The position numbers and the translations under genes are program-made. From the NCBI GenBank assembly GCA_052426225.1, contig JBNJNM010000019.1, positions 95,184 to 159,183 of the forward strand: 64,000 bases of DNA, written 5' to 3'. Positions 14,601-25,324 of this stretch are shown here, one piece after another. The notes below the pieces were generated by a model. It saw only the letters and a list, made by a program, of their open reading frames with translations. It did not search any database and was not told where the DNA came from. Position 1 is the stretch's first letter; the number at the start of each line of letters is the position of its first letter. Source of the stretch: Zancudomyces culisetae HAW-14-8 (taxonomy: Eukaryota > Fungi > Kickxellomycota).

Positions 14601-17600
14601 CTCTTTTGTTCACCATTGATTGGTATTATTACGTGGTATATCTCCACCACTCCCTTGAAATACCCAACCATAAACCACTTTTCAATCCATTTCTTATTAT
14701 TCTGCAAAGATTGGCCAAGAACAAACGACTCTATTTTTGTCACCGAATCATTGTGATCAATTGGCATTTCCCAGTCTACAGAAATTTGTGTAAAAGTATT
14801 GCTTTGTCTCTGGAGACTCAAAAGTACCAGTTTGTGTTGTTCTATTTTGTTTGTTGGCAAACATGATGAGAGACTCATTACAATTTTGTCTGTACCTTTC
14901 AACACACCCGCATTTGTAACCTTGTAGTGTTGGTTTGCATCAAAGATTTCATTCACATGACACTTGTAAAGTCTTTTCAATTCAAACTTATTATTACTAT
15001 TCCTACAAGAACAAGTATCAGCACATGCTCCATTCTTTTCTTTTGTTGAATGAGTACAGATTTCAGAGTCATACATATTTCTGCATGTTAATAGGATCAA
15101 ATGGATTTCGAATTCGTATACTAACAGTACCAGTAATCCATGATCACCATGATCACCAAAACCACTTCTTATAGCAGTGTTAATGGTAGATTGGTTTTGT
15201 ATTTCACCAATATAAACCAATTTCTTTCCACTTTCAGACTCGAAAAATTCATTTACTTGGTCAATATTACAATTAATTCCCCCATCCTGCCCCACCAAAG
15301 TAGCATGTGAGAACCTTGTTGATGTCGATTCTATCAACATAATCAAACTGCTTTTTTTTTCATTTCCAATTCCAATTCCAATTCCAAGATTCAAACTAAA
15401 AACGTTTGTCACTGAATGATGTTGACTTTGACTTTTATCTCGATTGATAAATCTGCTAGATATGCATTTGTTCACCCGGACTCCACAACCAATGACCAAG
15501 TGATTAGTCGAAACCAACGAATCTAAATTTACATTTGTTCCAAAATCATATGATCTCGCTGCACAAAAATCATCAATTTTGTTGTTCGTACTAGAATATA
15601 CCACTTTTTTACCCGGAACTAGACTCAATACATTCCTCATTCCCTCTTTTGCCACACTTTCCCCTCCTGGAAATTGAGCTCCAAAATATTTAGCAACATG
15701 TTTACTTGAAATATCATTCACAGTATCATACTGTTGAACATTCCAATCGTACAATTCAGCATTGTAAAGGCTTTGATCTATCAAGTACACTCTGTTTCTT
15801 TTATTTTCATGCAATATATCAAAATGATCCAATATCCAACTATCCATTATATCCACTAAATACTGGCTTTGATCCATATACATATACATATCTGCATCTG
15901 CATCTGCATCTGCCTCTAAATCTGCCTCTACATCTGGATCTGGATCTGCATCTACATTCATCATCTTCATTTCTTCTTCCGCTCTAGTTTCAGCTAGCGA
16001 TAAAAGTCGCCATTGATACTGCCGTTGCCACGAATCATAATACACAGCTCTTGCAGTCTTGGGTGATACAACCGTATCCTGTTTTGCTCTATTTTCCCTT
16101 TCTTTGCTGCTTTTGCGCTTGTTTTTTTCTCCTGAAAACATCACTGAAACCAGCACATTGTCACATCCTTGCCCGCCAAGATATACTAGCTCTGTCATTG
16201 TCTTTATCTTGGCCCTCTTCACACCATTAAATCCACACACTACTTTTTTCACTTCCATCCTGCTTGCCACATTGTTATCACCACAACCAGTAAAACCAAA
16301 TATGCTTTCCACCGCATGTTCTTCCTTGATAATCCTATCTACCACTGATATTACCAATGACCCTGTTTTCATTACATTCCACTCGCCTATCCTTTCGCGA
16401 TTTGCACCTGTTTGCTGCTCATTGATATTGTTGTTCCTATGCTTATTTTTATGCTTATTTCTATCGGCATTGTTATTTGGTCTGATTATCTGCATTTCAA
16501 TCCTGGGCTCTTCAGTCACTTGAACTAATACCAAATATCCATTGCTTGTAGTCATGTATATATTTTCCACCTCTTTATTTTTTGTCATCCTCTCACATTC
16601 CCCAATGCCTAGACTCCCGCTACTTGATAATTCCCATCCAACCACTTCTCCCAATGTAACCACTGATTCGTCTTCATACTGTAAATAAACAACTTCCTTT
16701 TCTTTGCTATTACATGGATTTTGTGGATTTTTTCCCTCTATATTTTCTTTGGTATTCTCTATGTCTATTTTCATACTCGTTGTACAATTCGAATCTGTTC
16801 CGCCTGCTTTTGTTTTTTTTAAATCTGTTTGCACTATCGCATTTTCCCACCATCGCTTCCCTCTACCTCTACCTCTACCCCTACCTCCATCTTTTTCCCT
16901 TTCTCTACCTCCTCCTCTCGCTCCCCCTCCTCCTACACCTTCTCTACTCTCACTACTAATAGATTCTATTGATGTCTCATTTATCCCAGACGAAAGTGTT
17001 GCCTCACCCTCTACAAAACCATATCCTGTACTTTTATCCCGCTGTCCACCAACTGCGTCGCTTTTGTCAACTTTTCTTTTCCACCCAAAAATCTTCCCAC
17101 TAATTGGAACTGTATAAAAATTAACCTCCCCACACATCACCTGTAAGCCTTTTACAAACATCAGCGTTTCGTTTTTGGTAACCACTAACGCCGAATTTGC
17201 CATACTTTTTAGTGGTATCATCATTTTCGGTATCTGGTGTTTTGATAACGGCAACCGTCCCCGCACATCCGCCTCCCATACGACTTGCCCACTACTACTT
17301 GCTTCTTTTAACACCTCTAGTAATTGCAAATTCGCATCTCTTACCCCCTCAAACCCCAATGTCTCCATATCATTTTCTAATTCCATAAACGCACCCTCAT
17401 CTTTTACTACAGATACCAGCAACGAGATTCCTATCTTCTTCAACGTCTTACTGGTTCGTTCTTTACCCAAAAAGCATATATCTGTAATCGTCCCTCCAAA
17501 ATCTTCAAACACCAATTCCTTCACCACTACTTGCCTCATATCCTCCCTATTTACATCTAATATCAAAAGCTCCAGCTTCTCAGACATAATCGCTACTATA

Positions 17601-18337
17601 CGTTCCTCCTGCTGCACCACTATTTTTTTTCTTTTGAAATTGTCGTTGCCTATCAGCTTCGTATTAAGCTGTCTCACCTCCCACTTGATCCCGCTTCTTC
17701 CATTGTCAATCGCCTTCAATAGTGCCAACCCTCCTTCTCCTCCCATACACAAAATTGTATCGCCTTCTTCCTCCAACTCCCTTGCTTTAATTATTTCTAT
17801 ATCTACTATCGCCGTGTTAGACTTTTTTTCCGCTACTTTCTTTAATCGGCCATCATGCATAACCCGATACAGCTCGATCTTGTATTTTTTCAATAATATC
17901 ATTTCTGGTCCGTCAAAGCCCGAAAATCGCCCAGACAAGCTTTTTATTGTCTGTGAATTTTCAATTCTCTTATGTGCATATATATACCCACCTTCCGTCC
18001 CCAAATCGCAACCACCGTTCATCCTTTCGACATATTTTGTAAATTCGTTGTTTTCAATCTCCTTTTGCCTTATCAGTTCGGTATTCCATCTTTTATCATA
18101 ACTACTGGTATTAAGCATCGAATTTACATCTTCAACCGTCGTCGAATTGTACTTGTATCGATATTTACCCTGTTTATCAATGTAATACAGCTGTTCATTT
18201 GTGCGTTCTGTCGCCCCTTCACTGTTCTCATCCCCAAATCCCGACCATTTCCTAGCCGTGACGCGATCTGTATCTACAATCGAGTTGTCACTACTATATA
18301 TTTCATCCTCATACTCCCTATTTTCTATAAAATCCAT
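11612..18337 (-). CDS. Large Mms1/DDB1/CPSF-A-family beta-propeller protein with low-complexity insertions
   Basis: 2241-aa uninterrupted ORF; N-terminal GRFSG..EMILLKKYKIELYRV..GRL and GRLPL..P..IPL..SALVVT resemble MMS1_N/DDB1; C-terminal repeats such as YLAIGSGCNLIIC. Confidence 0.6.
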   Translation of the reverse strand: MDFIENREYEDEIYSSDNSIVDTDRVTARKWSGFGDENSEGATERTNEQLYYIDKQGKYRYKYNSTTVEDVNSMLNTSSYDKRWNTELIRQKEIENNEFTKYVERMNGGCDLGTEGGYIYAHKRIENSQTIKSLSGRFSGFDGPEMILLKKYKIELYRVMHDGRLKKVAEKKSNTAIVDIEIIKARELEEEGDTILCMGGEGGLALLKAIDNGRSGIKWEVRQLNTKLIGNDNFKRKKIVVQQEERIVAIMSEKLELLILDVNREDMRQVVVKELVFEDFGGTITDICFLGKERTSKTLKKIGISLLVSVVKDEGAFMELENDMETLGFEGVRDANLQLLEVLKEASSSGQVVWEADVRGRLPLSKHQIPKMMIPLKSMANSALVVTKNETLMFVKGLQVMCGEVNFYTVPISGKIFGWKRKVDKSDAVGGQRDKSTGYGFVEGEATLSSGINETSIESISSESREGVGGGGARGGGREREKDGGRGRGRGRGKRWWENAIVQTDLKKTKAGGTDSNCTTSMKIDIENTKENIEGKNPQNPCNSKEKEVVYLQYEDESVVTLGEVVGWELSSSGSLGIGECERMTKNKEVENIYMTTSNGYLVLVQVTEEPRIEMQIIRPNNNADRNKHKNKHRNNNINEQQTGANRERIGEWNVMKTGSLVISVVDRIIKEEHAVESIFGFTGCGDNNVASRMEVKKVVCGFNGVKRAKIKTMTELVYLGGQGCDNVLVSVMFSGEKNKRKSSKERENRAKQDTVVSPKTARAVYYDSWQRQYQWRLLSLAETRAEEEMKMMNVDADPDPDVEADLEADADADADMYMYMDQSQYLVDIMDSWILDHFDILHENKRNRVYLIDQSLYNAELYDWNVQQYDTVNDISSKHVAKYFGAQFPGGESVAKEGMRNVLSLVPGKKVVYSSTNNKIDDFCAARSYDFGTNVNLDSLVSTNHLVIGCGVRVNKCISSRFINRDKSQSQHHSVTNVFSLNLGIGIGIGNEKKSSLIMLIESTSTRFSHATLVGQDGGINCNIDQVNEFFESESGKKLVYIGEIQNQSTINTAIRSGFGDHGDHGLLVLLVYEFEIHLILLTCRNMYDSEICTHSTKEKNGACADTCSCRNSNNKFELKRLYKCHVNEIFDANQHYKVTNAGVLKGTDKIVMSLSSCLPTNKIEQHKLVLLSLQRQSNTFTQISVDWEMPIDHNDSVTKIESFVLGQSLQNNKKWIEKWFMVGYFKGVVEIYHVIIPINGEQKSIVTRVTQCECNCDVGFGFGFDFDFDFQCKRKSFFEQNLVYPIVNSLAILENPQHQKENIIVLVVGTRIGILFTFKIYINYNLDQSKPQPSDVSPPQLILLPFRFSTNCIDFGTNSPIYMMGMTTATIDNQSVSSSLLVFSGSTGYKCSLAKGFNSKLEFERLVIPHFENKQDQIEYIFTANTNDDTYVDTYVDTDTARQQCNYGFEQPIKNVILYSDMNKIYTVSIYMESQPIIYSSIGCDNHHTHNNNNNNNNHGNDNYNDNDNKENELMKNTNSRFTSIKNLQTQTTLSILTSLTPELIVGVSTDSNNVFLLEQCSTCIKVISCVELARNQQINCITQWRIPTWFFRKKNKGMGLNSKRVMGHYHVYNGFVILGTSQPLFYSNNNTNTSANANTNINANTSNNSNGKILGNLVFYKIKNNHLKYVWEKKFNSPVTCIHPLEHNTSCTDLENTIDSFDDNSPVEYPSYDGDSRYLAIGSGCNLIICKLLLNKKWVECATYNCGWDISNIKSIQFTNKPNNTNNTNDEAESESEFEFQPSWLISACSHTLGLLTFLFTPLNTDTPESQPNNDQLVWLNSANSGSLTLNCMFLNHSLVASIHKSGIFNLYSLPSVNTIDSSFNINNNNIPILENCLAFLKTPATPSSLLFHSTTNNQLLTTAYIHVVSRLRTDISLYLSTIPTTSLCTKDSPYSALLSTSNIKCGLDIISSFSLNRHSSSSSSKSSTCEFPNQFNLNCIFTPKYYSSPFISTLPKSNNNNNNNNNNNNRFLSRDSHSKSSNTIFTISTNTNNWWSVSLVNHHVYSLLDFFKRTYHTHASTLLVSDHTLFADNTHRSSSTFSSSFSSSFSSSPTLFSEPSCSSSYQSHSTTPTASPIIIDNDTELPLLDLISSHPDIFIKPHLSTLYPLIVKIITNCLLMEAGDLSAQQEPHKIFKAPNSSMYLYDLVSFLVTRNYFFQTNNAGPTAEFDYHYDYDYEYELVLYVTKSILYDLETFW

Positions 18338-19653
18338 ACTTTTTTTTTACCTACTTTATATTTTTTCTAGATTCAATTTATGTTTTGTTGAATTGTCCAT
18401 TCTGGAGAATATACTGAAGCTATTTTTTTTAAACGTTTTTTTCTGGATATAAAAAATGAAAATAAACCATAAATCGATTTCTAAGCTCAAACTTTATCCC
18501 GCTTTTTTTGTATTTTGATAGGAAAGTGTAGAGTGGAAAAAGTTTGCTAAACCTGAAACACATACAGTCACCAAGTCTTCTTGACAAACTTAACTATGAG
18601 TGGAGGGAAAGAGAAGATAAGATAAGATAGAAGAGGAGAGGAGAGGAGAGGAGAGAGGTATTATTCACTTTGTTTACCTTGGCAAATATATTTTTGACAT
18701 ATACTAAACCTTTTACCTGTCAGAATTTCGCTGTTCAGTCTGTGTAAGTGGTAGTCACATATACATACACAAAGTTGAATTGTTCATGGTTAGAATAAAA
18801 GGGGGATTCTTCGGTGAACGTAATACCCAGTTCCGCCTTGAAAAATTAGCATACACAACCTACACAAGATATCCAAAGGTAATTTTTCTTTTAGGACCTG
18901 AAAGAGAAGGAAAAATAGAGAGGGCGGATGCTACCTTACCTGTATTAAAAAACTTTAACCTTTGTAACCACTTTTGTGCCAGCTTAATAAACATATACAT
19001 TTACAAGAATGTTTGAAACAATTTGATTCTTGTACTTACCGATAGATGCATAATCGCGCCTTGTAGCTTTGAAATGCGTGATTACCAATATTGGGAAAGG
19101 CTTTGACGTAAATCAAGTTAAAATACGCTTTCTTTCCTGTCAATTTCAAAATTTATTGCATTTGATTCTAGTTGAGTCGATCATCTGACCTTACTTCCCG
19201 TTTTGTATTTCCTCAGAATAGACATAGGTTTCACCATTTAAGCCAACCAGAAATCCGTAATAATAACATTTCGTCTATATATAACGTTTTCAAATATTAC
19301 GCAAAGTCGCTCGATGTAAAATTTTAAAGTAAATTAAAAACGTATATAAGCGCATTCACGTCCTCCCCCCCTTTGAAAAACTAATGTGCTAAAACATATC
19401 ATAATATAATAGAGGGGAAATAAACTACAACAAAACACAATCGTGATAATTATTTATTCAATTCTAACAGCGATTGTCGAGTTTTACGCGTTGTTTATAA
19501 ATACTTTGTTTGGCTGTGCATGCATGATAGAAAGAAAAACATTCGCCCAGCGGAAAAGGTATCATAATACTAGGATTAAAGATTTAAACTGAACAAGCAA
19601 CTAAACAAATCACGCAATACAAGGGTTGAGGGAGAGACAGTTATTTGAAAAAA

Positions 19654-20334
19654 ATGGCCGCAGCAGCTTTTATTATAATAGCCCAACTGTTTGTGCTATT
19701 TTCAATACTATTGCGAGGATATCTAGTCTTTAGACAAGGGAGAAGGAATAGAGCAAATGGTGCTCGACATCAAGAACTAACACCCGTGGAAACAACAAGT
19801 ACCCAGCGAGATGAACTACCCAAATATATTTCAGAAAAGCTAGAAGGAGACCATAGCACTTCTTCAGAATATGAACCGACACCAAAATTAGTGACGGATC
19901 GAGAACTCCAATGTTTTAGAATAGTGACATATGAAAATATAATAAAGCCAGAAAAAGCCGTGTGTAAACCCCCAAAACATTTCAACTCTACTGTGAACGT
20001 AAATAATGATTATAGTAGTAATAATTTACAAGTACTTCAGATTCCAAACGATAGTGGAATGGTGAAACAAGACCCCAACAACGCTACTATGCATATTGAT
20101 ATGGAGAATAATTCCGACACACCAATTTATTATGAAAACTTTCACAATTGCAAATTATGTAATGGTGGTTTATTTAGTTCCGACCTTGTCAGAGACTTGC
20201 CATGCAAACATGCATTCCATCAAAATTGTGTGGATTGGTATCTAAATAATGTATCCAAAATGTGTCCAGTTTGCAAGATAGATTTAAAATATGAGGCAAA
20301 CATGGTAGTAAACCTACAGCATCCAAAGGTTTAG
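19654..20334 (+). CDS. Membrane-anchored RING-H2 E3 ubiquitin ligase
   Basis: N-terminal hydrophobic helix followed by a basic patch; C-terminal CKLC..LPCKHAFHQNC..W..CPVC RING-H2. Confidence 0.85.
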   Translation: MAAAAFIIIAQLFVLFSILLRGYLVFRQGRRNRANGARHQELTPVETTSTQRDELPKYISEKLEGDHSTSSEYEPTPKLVTDRELQCFRIVTYENIIKPEKAVCKPPKHFNSTVNVNNDYSSNNLQVLQIPNDSGMVKQDPNNATMHIDMENNSDTPIYYENFHNCKLCNGGLFSSDLVRDLPCKHAFHQNCVDWYLNNVSKMCPVCKIDLKYEANMVVNLQHPKV

Positions 20335-20730
20335 AAAGTATGTGCTGTCTTTTCTTTTATTTAACTTTGCACATTTAATACACCAGAAAACCAGAATCTG
20401 AAACCGTTTGATTTTTTTGACTCTTGAATCTTTTAGGAATGTAGTTGATTGCTTATATATATTTATATATATGTAGGTTAGATAAATAGGGTTCATGTAT
20501 TATTTAGAATTAGAAATTCACTACAATAGTAGTAAAAAATTATGTGATGTAACAAAAAGATTATCTCGAATAAACATATATAAATGTTACACATCTAAAA
20601 AGGGAGATAAAAAGATGCAACTCTGGTACAATATACATTGAGTCGTCTTTTACTGCCAGTATCGAAATAAGACGATGCTAGGTTGTGAACTCTGAGCTAG
20701 TGTGTTTTCTTTTTTAAAAATCAAGTCAAA

Positions 20731-21822
20731 TCACGAACTATCTTTGTCCAGCAAGTTACTTAACCGTTCTAATGTCGCCTAAGTATCAAAATAAACACGG
20801 TGCACACCAAAAAGTTATTTAAGATACTACAGGAAATGAATTGAGAAGAACAAAGTATATATGCTTACCTTCCCCGCCTCTGTTAATTTATCGATATCAC
20901 AAGGATCGGTAAAGTAAGAGGCTTCAGTTTCATTGAGTACTTCTAAAGGTGAAATTTTTAAAACAGACGAATCACCACTATCTGTGTTCAAGTCGCCTTC
21001 TCCTATTGAAGAATCGTTTGTCTTATGAACTAAGGATTCCATCCCATACTCATAATCATACTCAATACCCGAATCTTTTTGGACTTGACAAAACTCATTA
21101 TTTGGAGCACAAGTATCTGAAAATGCTTGGTTATTCTGGTAATCCAAAAGGTCTTGGGGATCGGAAAAAGATGGTGGAAGAAGGGATATTGCTTTGCATA
21201 AAGCAGTGTAGAGCTCATCAACTATTATGGTATTCCATATTTTAGCAATTGAAAGCTCAAACTGTATTTTTCTACTACTCTATAAATAAAACTAAAATCG
21301 ACTGACATAAAAAGTGGACTTACGCTTGTTCAAATCCTGGTGAAAAATAAACAATTCAGAAAATTGAATTTCCTCCTCGAGATTTTGATCCCAGGAATCA
21401 TCCGCACTCTCGTTCTCATTGTATGAGCCATTTAGACTTTCGACATTTATGCTTTCCTTGCTGCCTGAAAGGTGGGAATCCTCTTGAGAAGCATTGTTGA
21501 CAACAGAGGATGGGAATGAGAGCTCTAGTTGTAAATAGATGCAATCTCCCAGATTATTTTCGTTCTCGGAATCTACTTTATCCTGTTTTGATGATCTTGC
21601 GTACAAAGCAATAGAGTCGTAGGCAATGCTAAATCCAGAGTTTTGAACAGCTGAAAAAATAACTAGGTGTGTTGCTGTTATATATACAGACAGCGGTTCC
21701 TTGGCAATTGTAAACGCTGGTCTTATTCGTACATCACTTAATGAATGCCTGGGCATGTCGCTTTCATTACTTAGGCTACCTGCTATGAATTCCGGACTAT
21801 TGTTTAGAATTGTGAACGACAT
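20731..21822 (-). CDS. pICln/Lot5 (Voldacs) methylosome subunit; exons 21822-21324, 21221-20869, 20778-20731
   Basis: PH-like GFSIAYDSIALYA..CIYLQL, acidic tract, LDELYTALCKAISL; spliced C-terminus LTEAGKATLERL resembles ICln. Confidence 0.8.
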
Positions 21823-23254
21823 TTTTCCTTTCAGTTTTTCACGTTTTGCAGTATTTCTTGCACCAAACTTGAATATTTGACAAGTTGATAATTCGGGGAT
21901 AAAACAGTTGAATTGAGTGAGTATTTGATGAGGAAAGCGGTAAACACAATTAAAAATGGTTGATGGAACCTTTCTAGCTTTGTTAGCTCACTTTTAAATT
22001 AAACAAAATTAAGCAAGGAATCCCACTAGCTTTGCCAAATCTCGATAAAATAACGAGTCAAAGTTTATTTAAATTAGTTAGACTGCTTTTCATTTTTCCA
22101 AGAAAAAATAATTAAGGCTAACAACTCTGAGAAACGGCGAGTATAGGTTAGTGCTCTTAATCTCGACAGCTTTTACTAGATTTTAAATATGCACTTTAGG
22201 TAATACGAGCAACTTTTTGTCTGCTATGGTTGATAACTTTAGTATTTATTGAAAGAAGCACCAAAGATATATACCACGTTGTTAACATTTGGTTTTTATA
22301 ATAAACTACAAGTCCAGTTTGGTGATAGCGAATGGGGTAATATGGTTTGATAAATTAGTTCTTAATATTTTGTTTATACGCTTTTTTGTTATTATTATTA
22401 TAGTGATTATTAAAACCTACATCAACTCGAAAGAAATACAAATGTTATATCCGACAATAGTAGTTCACGAAATTATAATCAACATTTATTAGGTAGGTTG
22501 AGGAGGCAGAGGTAACAGAAATAGATAGATAAACTCCCTTTTAAAGTATATAAATAAATAAACTAGTAATTTAGCTAGCTAGAAAGTTAGTTAGTTAGCT
22601 AGTTAGTTGTGAAGATAGCTTAAATAAAGTTACAATATAAGCCGCAACAAGACAACAAACGATCCTGGTAACAACGGAAAGTTAACATGGAATTAACAGT
22701 TGTTGGAAATACCAAGTAACAATAACTGATATTTTATAATATATATTACACCAAGATTGGTTTGGTCAAAATTCATACTCACATATATCAATTTAGGTAA
22801 TATCGGTACCACAAAAAAAATTTCTGTACACTTATTTATCTTGTTTTACTTGATGAATTATATTATCTTAAAAAAACACCCAAATTAGGTGGTGTTGGTA
22901 TAAAAGTAGCAAATAAAAGGCGAAATTAGAAATTGGGTGTGAATCTATGGAACTGATATGAAAACTACACACAACCATTCGAAGGAATTGATGATTGGAA
23001 TTCATCAAAAAATTCCAATAAGGCAAATGATTTGGGTAAATCAGTAGTTGGTACTAGTAAAAAAAGAATAAACAAAAAAAAGAAAAATAGTATAAAAACA
23101 GTTGAATGTGAAAATTATCAAGCCGGCATTTTAAACACAAAAGCATCCTACTATCTCTAGGCTTCAAACCAGAGACATCCTTTTAAATTGAATAAAGTTT
23201 TTTTTTCCTATAAAGCTTTCTAGTAGGTATACAAACAACAGCAATCAAAGAGTA

Positions 23255-24934
23255 ATGGAAAGATCAGTTCTGGGGTTGAGCTTTTACGTACACGACTATA
23301 TTCTGAGTGTATTACTTTCAATACAGTTTGTTGACGACCTTGTGTTGTTTGCAACTGAGAGCGAATATAGACACATACTGGCAAATCTTATTTACCTACC
23401 ATTATTGGTATGTGATATAAAATGGCTATTAAAATACATCGTCTCGGATCAATGGCTACAAGAAATACTGGTTTTTATTAAGAACATGATTTTGCTTTAT
23501 CTGTGTTGTTACCAAATATCGGGAAAAATTCGGAAAACAGTAAAGGAACTAGCCGTGCCCTATGGTTTAAAAAAAGTAAAATGCATAGAGGCAAGTATTA
23601 ACAGTAACTCTTTGAAGGGGTACAAAGGCAAACGTAAGGTTTATGGGAAGCACATGAACCAAAATCTGTGTATAATTAATACGAATAAAAGGAGAAGTGT
23701 TTTGATCGGCGGAAGGTTTTCATCAGAGTACGTAAAGCACCCAGACATAATATTCAATAAAAATCGGGCTTTCCTAAAAAATCACCACAAACACACAATA
23801 CTAGCCAGAGGAATGCACGTGAATGATATTCTATACAGCAGATACTTGTTACACTTTCTGTCGTATGTCGATTTGAGCGAATCGATGGAGGCAATTCAAC
23901 CAACTCTGGAACAAGTAATTAGAAGAGAAATTATATCATCTGGAAGCGTGTATAATGGAAATGAGGTTGTGGTTAACAACTTGTATGAGACAGTAAAAAA
24001 TATGGTTAGATTCGCCATAGTATTTAGATTTTTTGGACCATATGCAATAAAGGATAAGGATTTGGTTGAAAGTTTGAAAAAAGTGATGAAGCCAGTCAAT
24101 ATTGGAAGCGATAATGATCAGAATTTTTTTTCAGCACTATTTACTGCGGGATATTTGGGCAATAACTACTTTTTTGAGTATTTTGAACTTGAGTCGAGTC
24201 GCAGAAAATATCTTCCCGAGTATAGTAAACCAAAGGACATAATACAATTTTTTACAGACAATTTTAGCATTTTCCAAGCGGAGCTAACGAGTGTAGCGTA
24301 TTGTATACAGACGATTGTAGCGGTTGGTGTGGAAGTGGCATCAAGGCGGATGTTTAACTTATTTGTAGAGCTTAGTCTGAGGCCTGACGTCTACAAAGAG
24401 TTGCTGCAGGAGCAACAAGATCTAATTAAAAAAAATGGTGGTAACAACCATATTCCATTTGAGATGTTGGACGAAATGGTGTACTTGGATGCATTTATCA
24501 AAGAAACGATCAGGCTTTCGGGGTCGGATTTATTCATGCCCCGTTGCACAACCCAGGAAGTAGTGATGTCTAATGGGGTGAGTATTTCTAAACACCAATA
24601 CGTGAGTTTTAACATTCAGGCGCATAATAGAGATCCCAAGATATTTGGGCCAAATGCGAATGAATTCGACTACAAGCGACACATTCGTCTTGGGCTGAAA
24701 CTAACAGATGCTTCGCTGGCTAATTTGATGTGGGGTGCTGGCAATCGGGTCTGTTTAGCAAGAATATATGCAGCTGCACTTATGAAGCTGATGTTAGCGA
24801 TGATCATTAGAAAATACGAGATATGCTCTAACTACTCAATTCAAAAAGACAAACACAGGCAAACCAATTACTCTCACTATACATCACTTAGTGATTTTTG
24901 CATAAACAGGGGACTGTACTTTAAGATTCGTTGA
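23255..24934 (+). CDS. Cytochrome P450 (divergent)
   Basis: YLDAFIKETIRL (ExxR), HNRDPKIFG and heme ligand WGAGNRVCLA; hydrophobic N-terminus. Confidence 0.88.
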   Translation: MERSVLGLSFYVHDYILSVLLSIQFVDDLVLFATESEYRHILANLIYLPLLVCDIKWLLKYIVSDQWLQEILVFIKNMILLYLCCYQISGKIRKTVKELAVPYGLKKVKCIEASINSNSLKGYKGKRKVYGKHMNQNLCIINTNKRRSVLIGGRFSSEYVKHPDIIFNKNRAFLKNHHKHTILARGMHVNDILYSRYLLHFLSYVDLSESMEAIQPTLEQVIRREIISSGSVYNGNEVVVNNLYETVKNMVRFAIVFRFFGPYAIKDKDLVESLKKVMKPVNIGSDNDQNFFSALFTAGYLGNNYFFEYFELESSRRKYLPEYSKPKDIIQFFTDNFSIFQAELTSVAYCIQTIVAVGVEVASRRMFNLFVELSLRPDVYKELLQEQQDLIKKNGGNNHIPFEMLDEMVYLDAFIKETIRLSGSDLFMPRCTTQEVVMSNGVSISKHQYVSFNIQAHNRDPKIFGPNANEFDYKRHIRLGLKLTDASLANLMWGAGNRVCLARIYAAALMKLMLAMIIRKYEICSNYSIQKDKHRQTNYSHYTSLSDFCINRGLYFKIR

Positions 24935-25324
24935 TTATGTAGTGTACTACATTTTTTTGTTGCTTTGGTCAATAGTTAATTAAATAAAGTGAAGATAATG
25001 ATGTTTTCGATATCCGATCAAAGAGTAAAAGCAGTAGAATAAAGAGAGAGAATGTGAAAAAGTGAAAGAGAGAAAGAGAGAAATAAAAAAGAACAAGGGA
25101 AATGAGCAATAAGTATTGAGTAGTGAGTATTTTGTATTGTGTATTGTGTATCAACTTTTTTTTAATGATATTCGATAGTTTTTTTTTCTTGGTTTACTAG
25201 TAATTTCTAAAAACACACATTGATGAACCTTTATTTTGCTAGAGATATTAAAGCCTTTACTGAGCTCAAAAAAGTATATTAAACAGAATTAAATAAACGC
25301 ATAGAATTTTAAAAACTGGAATCA

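Noticed and set aside
16059-18101. Long + strand ORFs (e.g. 308 aa at 17175-18101)
   Set aside because: Antisense shadows of the Mms1-like gene caused by skewed composition; no recognisable motifs
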